64,000 nt of DNA from Candidatus Ozemobacteraceae bacterium (lineage in GTDB: Bacteria; Muiribacteriota; Ozemobacteria; Ozemobacterales; Ozemobacteraceae): contig OZ223236.1 in the NCBI GenBank assembly GCA_965140445.1, forward strand, positions 3,456,001 to 3,520,000, read 5' to 3'. Position numbers and translations under genes: made by a program. The first letter of the stretch is position 1, and the number at the start of each line of letters is the position of its first letter. The notes under the pieces were generated by a model. The model searched no databases, was not told where the DNA came from, and saw only the letters and a list, made by a program, of their open reading frames with translations. This document shows positions 58,470 through 64,000 of this stretch, piece by piece.

Positions 58470-60059
58470 CTATTCCCAATTTCCTGGTTTTTCCTCTGAG
58501 AGGAAAGTAGACTTTCTTTCAAAATCTTTTGCCGGGAATGCTTCTATGGGAATGTCCCCTAAGTCTAATTTGTACATGACCTGATTGTAATCAATTCCAG
58601 GATAAGGAACTTGGTTGCCTGAAAAATAGTTAGTCAAAGTTCCTTCAAAAAAAATCTCTCTTCCACCATTTTTTTCAAACCAAGGATGGGTAATCGGATT
58701 ATAAAGATTGTAAAATGGGTGTTCGGCAACCTTTATTGCTACACGCCATGGGCCTGAAACATTATCTGATTCACTATAAAAAATTTCACCAGGTTGATTT
58801 CCTTGAAAAATTGCCGCCCAACGATTTTTAAAAGTACTCCAGAAAATAGAACCATTAAAGTTGTTAATGATATCTTCACCACCAAAAACTTTTGGACAAT
58901 ACCAAAGATCGCTTTTGTTCAAAACTTTCACTTCCAAAAGTTTATTTTGAAGAACCGGATCTACTGGAATGCCGCCTTTCTTCCAAAAAAACGAAGCCTT
59001 GCCTTCTGCCGTTCTGCGAACTACATAATTTTTCCCTTCGATTGAAATAGATTTACCGGAGATTTTTTTGGAAACTTCATCAAGACAAGTTAAAAACCAG
59101 TGTTCTCTTTCCTTAATAACGCTGGCAAAGTTGTCTTCAACAAATTCCCAGGGCTGTAAGAAATATCCCTTCTTATTTTTTAAAAAACCAGGAAAGGGAT
59201 GCGCACATTTATGAACTTTCGAACTTTTCTCTCTTTTGAAAATTTTAAATCTATTCTCTTTTGTAGAAAAAATAGCAAAACCACTTTCAACAGCTACTTC
59301 TAAAGACTGATGATGAACATATTTAGCTAATAGAATCTTTTTTCCATATTCCTCGTTGTAAACAGGCAAAACATATTCAATCCATGTAAATCCTCTTAAT
59401 CCCGTATCTACCATTTTCTTGGCAAAACCATCTTCACTGCAAAAATAAGAAATTTTTAGCTTTTTCTCTGGGTCAGGATTGTTTTTTAAATCAATAACGC
59501 CACCACTAGCTGAAAAATTAAAGTTACTATAACCTATGGTGTCGCCCCAAAAACAATAAAGTTTATCTGTAAATGGCGCAGCAACTAGTGAATCCTGACC
59601 AAAAATTTGGCCATCGGTTTCTACGATGTTAGTTGGAGTTAAGCCCAAAAGAATACTATCTTTATATTTTCCTGCACCGGTTATGCGGAAAACTCTCTGG
59701 GCAAGACATTTCCGATCAAGCTTTACAGTAAGCTTTTTTCCTTTTTGGACTGTAGGATAAATAGCGGTATCGCCCCAAAAATCCTTTTCAGGATAAATAT
59801 AACCAGATCCATTAATGTTAAATTTTAATCTACACCCATAAAAATCAGGGTTATCTATACTAACATTCCCATCATTATCAGAAAAAAAGGTTTGTTTATT
59901 ACCTAATTCAAGTTTCACCAATGGAACAGGCTTTAGATTAATAGAATCTAAAAATTGTATTTGAAAGGGACAAGCGTGCAAAAAGCTTTGTTGGAAAAAA
60001 AGCATTAAAAAAAACAAGAAAAAAGTATAGCTCTCAGTTTTTATTCTTCTAAATGGCAT
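58470..60059 (-). CDS. Putative exported hypothetical protein (529 aa)
   Basis: Signal peptide; FWGDT motif. Confidence 0.75.
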   Translation of the reverse strand: MPFRRIKTESYTFFLFFLMLFFQQSFLHACPFQIQFLDSINLKPVPLVKLELGNKQTFFSDNDGNVSIDNPDFYGCRLKFNINGSGYIYPEKDFWGDTAIYPTVQKGKKLTVKLDRKCLAQRVFRITGAGKYKDSILLGLTPTNIVETDGQIFGQDSLVAAPFTDKLYCFWGDTIGYSNFNFSASGGVIDLKNNPDPEKKLKISYFCSEDGFAKKMVDTGLRGFTWIEYVLPVYNEEYGKKILLAKYVHHQSLEVAVESGFAIFSTKENRFKIFKREKSSKVHKCAHPFPGFLKNKKGYFLQPWEFVEDNFASVIKEREHWFLTCLDEVSKKISGKSISIEGKNYVVRRTAEGKASFFWKKGGIPVDPVLQNKLLEVKVLNKSDLWYCPKVFGGEDIINNFNGSIFWSTFKNRWAAIFQGNQPGEIFYSESDNVSGPWRVAIKVAEHPFYNLYNPITHPWFEKNGGREIFFEGTLTNYFSGNQVPYPGIDYNQVMYKLDLGDIPIEAFPAKDFERKSTFLSEEKPGNWE

Positions 60060-60451
60060 CTTTCACACTGATTATTTCTTAAACAAGTTCCTAATGAATG
60101 AATTGATTTACATCTTTCAACCCAAAGTCTTTTAAAGTCATCGCCAGAAACAATTTTATCTTCCAGATCATTTATTGTTGTAACGCCTGCTTTAATAGCT
60201 TCATCTGCGCACAATTCATACGCTTCTAACGGAAATTCCTTTTCTACGACCTCAATTTCTATTTCACTTATTCCTAAAGCCAACAAAATAAAACACCTGG
60301 CATGACCAGTTAAAAGGATATAACGACCTTTGTAATCTGCAACCTTAACTGGAGCACTTAAATCAGCCATGCTGAGAGAAACTTTTGAAACAACTAAATC
60401 TGATAAGTAAATCTGAGTTGGTTGCAACTGATCAATTTGAATCTTTTTCAT
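60041..60451 (-). CDS. ParB/sulfiredoxin-like small protein
   Basis: LQPTQIYLS...YILLTGHAR. Confidence 0.55.
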   Translation of the reverse strand: MKKIQIDQLQPTQIYLSDLVVSKVSLSMADLSAPVKVADYKGRYILLTGHARCFILLALGISEIEIEVVEKEFPLEAYELCADEAIKAGVTTINDLEDKIVSGDDFKRLWVERCKSIHSLGTCLRNNQCERCHLEE

Positions 60452-60458
60452 CTTTTAA

Positions 60459-61112
60459 TTAGTCCTTTGCCGGAGTAAGATCAAATTTACAAATTTCACA
60501 GTCCTGAAAACCGAGCCCGATTAACTTTTTAATTTTCATTCTTCCTATTCTATTGGAAGCCTTTAAACCATCACAATGTTTAGTGGTATGCCACATTTCA
60601 CCAGAATCAATAGCATAATACCCATATTTGTTATTAAAAGAAATTGGTTCCAGGTGAAGATTAAAAAGCTGTTCTTTTTTTATCTTTAGTGGCAGCAATT
60701 CTAACGAATTTAATTCTAGATTCCACCTTTCCAATATAAACAAATCTCTCTCCTTCAAAAGCTTTTTCTGAAGAGAAATCTTAAAGCTTATCGGAATTAA
60801 TGGGGATCTTAAAACTTCAAAAAACCATTTTAAAGATGATGTAGAACAACATAGACGAATTTTAGCCATAGCATTGAAGAATTCTTTCTTGGAACCAATA
60901 GCTCCAGCTATTTTGGCATGCTCTTTTAAGAAATCTATATTATCGGGTTGAGAGTTTTCTAAGTCTTGAATAACTTGAAAAGCTCTAAAGTAATTTTTTT
61001 GCCTAAATAAATCATTGTATTTATGAATTAAAAGGTCGGAAGCAAACGCTTTGCCAGTAAAAATAAAGACCAAAAAAGGCAAAATGTAAAAAAGGTATTT
61101 TTTTCTATCCAT
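60459..61112 (-). CDS. Exported hypothetical protein with C-terminal H/C metal-binding-like motif
   Basis: Signal peptide; WHTTKHC...GFQDCEIC. Confidence 0.65.
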   Translation of the reverse strand: MDRKKYLFYILPFLVFIFTGKAFASDLLIHKYNDLFRQKNYFRAFQVIQDLENSQPDNIDFLKEHAKIAGAIGSKKEFFNAMAKIRLCCSTSSLKWFFEVLRSPLIPISFKISLQKKLLKERDLFILERWNLELNSLELLPLKIKKEQLFNLHLEPISFNNKYGYYAIDSGEMWHTTKHCDGLKASNRIGRMKIKKLIGLGFQDCEICKFDLTPAKD

Positions 61113-61406
61113 AATTTATCTATCCTACAGATCCGTTGTACATTTTCGTATATCTCATTCTATGTATTTTATAGACTAAGTTCAACATAAATAAAAACTT
61201 TGTCAAATTCTAACTTCCATTGAAGTAAAACATTTGTACAATTCGTTTTAATTTAAGAGAAGAATTCTCATCAATCTGGATATTAAATTAAAGAAATTGT
61301 TAAAAAAAGCACGAAAACAAAAATTCTAAATCTTTAGAGTTTAAATTTATAAAAAAATATCCACCAAGATTTTGCTTATCTTTAAATTCCTGTCTGACTA
61401 AAAAGG

Positions 61407-61439
61407 AAAAAGCTCCAAGCTTTATTGCTTGGAGCTTTT
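61407..61439 (-). terminator. rRNA operon terminator
   Basis: aaaagctccaagc-tttatt-gcttggagctttt just past the 5S 3' end. Confidence 0.85.
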
Positions 61440-61443
61440 ATAG

Positions 61444-61561
61444 ACCTGGCGGCGACCGACTTTCCCACGGAGTCACCCCCGCAGTATCATAGGCGTCTTC
61501 GAGCTTAACTGCTGAGTTCGGAATGGGATCAGGTGTTTCCTCGAGACCATTACCACCAGGA
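61444..61561 (-). rRNA. rrf: 5S rRNA
   Basis: Reverse complement has CCTGGTGG...CACCTGATCCCATTCCGAACTCAG...CGCCAGG. Confidence 0.95.
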
Positions 61562-61685
61562 AAATTATAATATGTTGGTGGGCTTGTCACCCACCAACAC
61601 ATAAATATCTTTGATGAAATTCATAAAATAAAAGGTCCGCATCTGATCGAGATGATCTGCTAAGTATAAATACCTGCAGATGCTA

Positions 61686-64000
<2,315 letters not shown>

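Noticed and set aside
22566..59045. Short antisense or nested ORFs overlapping the core genes
   Set aside because: Shadow frames of well-supported genes, with no recognisable motifs.
61562..61685. tRNA or ncRNA in the 23S-5S spacer
   Set aside because: Only a simple hairpin (tgttggtggg...cccaccaaca); no cloverleaf or T-loop motif.

Overview
AT-rich bacterial chromosomal window. The lineage is possibly Ca. Riflebacteria-like, inferred only from the large HAMP-SpoIIE paralogs and the gene content. Bases 1-20590 are a minus-strand integron gene-cassette array: 25 attC sites and 25 cassettes, running off the left edge and ending at an attI-like site near 20590, with no integrase gene next to it. 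The array has unusual non-coding architecture: (i) a conserved ~190-197 bp trailer between stop codon and attC in five cassettes with unrelated ORFs; (ii) an ORF-less cassette present three times, one copy in the attI-proximal position; (iii) a GGCR-[stem-loop]-TGA hairpin motif shared by the trailer, the ORF-less cassette and three attC families. The rest looks like core genome: an HTH gene, a DUF364/methyltransferase/exbBD-tonB operon, a lysine-fermentation cluster (kat-kce-atoDA-kdd-kamABCDE, no kal), two HAMP-SpoIIE paralogs (one with an in-frame TAA), a decarboxylase plus NhaC-family transporter, a DAACS symporter, an adenylate cyclase, an unusual ECF transporter operon, assorted enzymes, and the 3' part of an rRNA operon (23S partial, 5S). 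All calls were made by eye from the sequence and ORF track; no searches were run.
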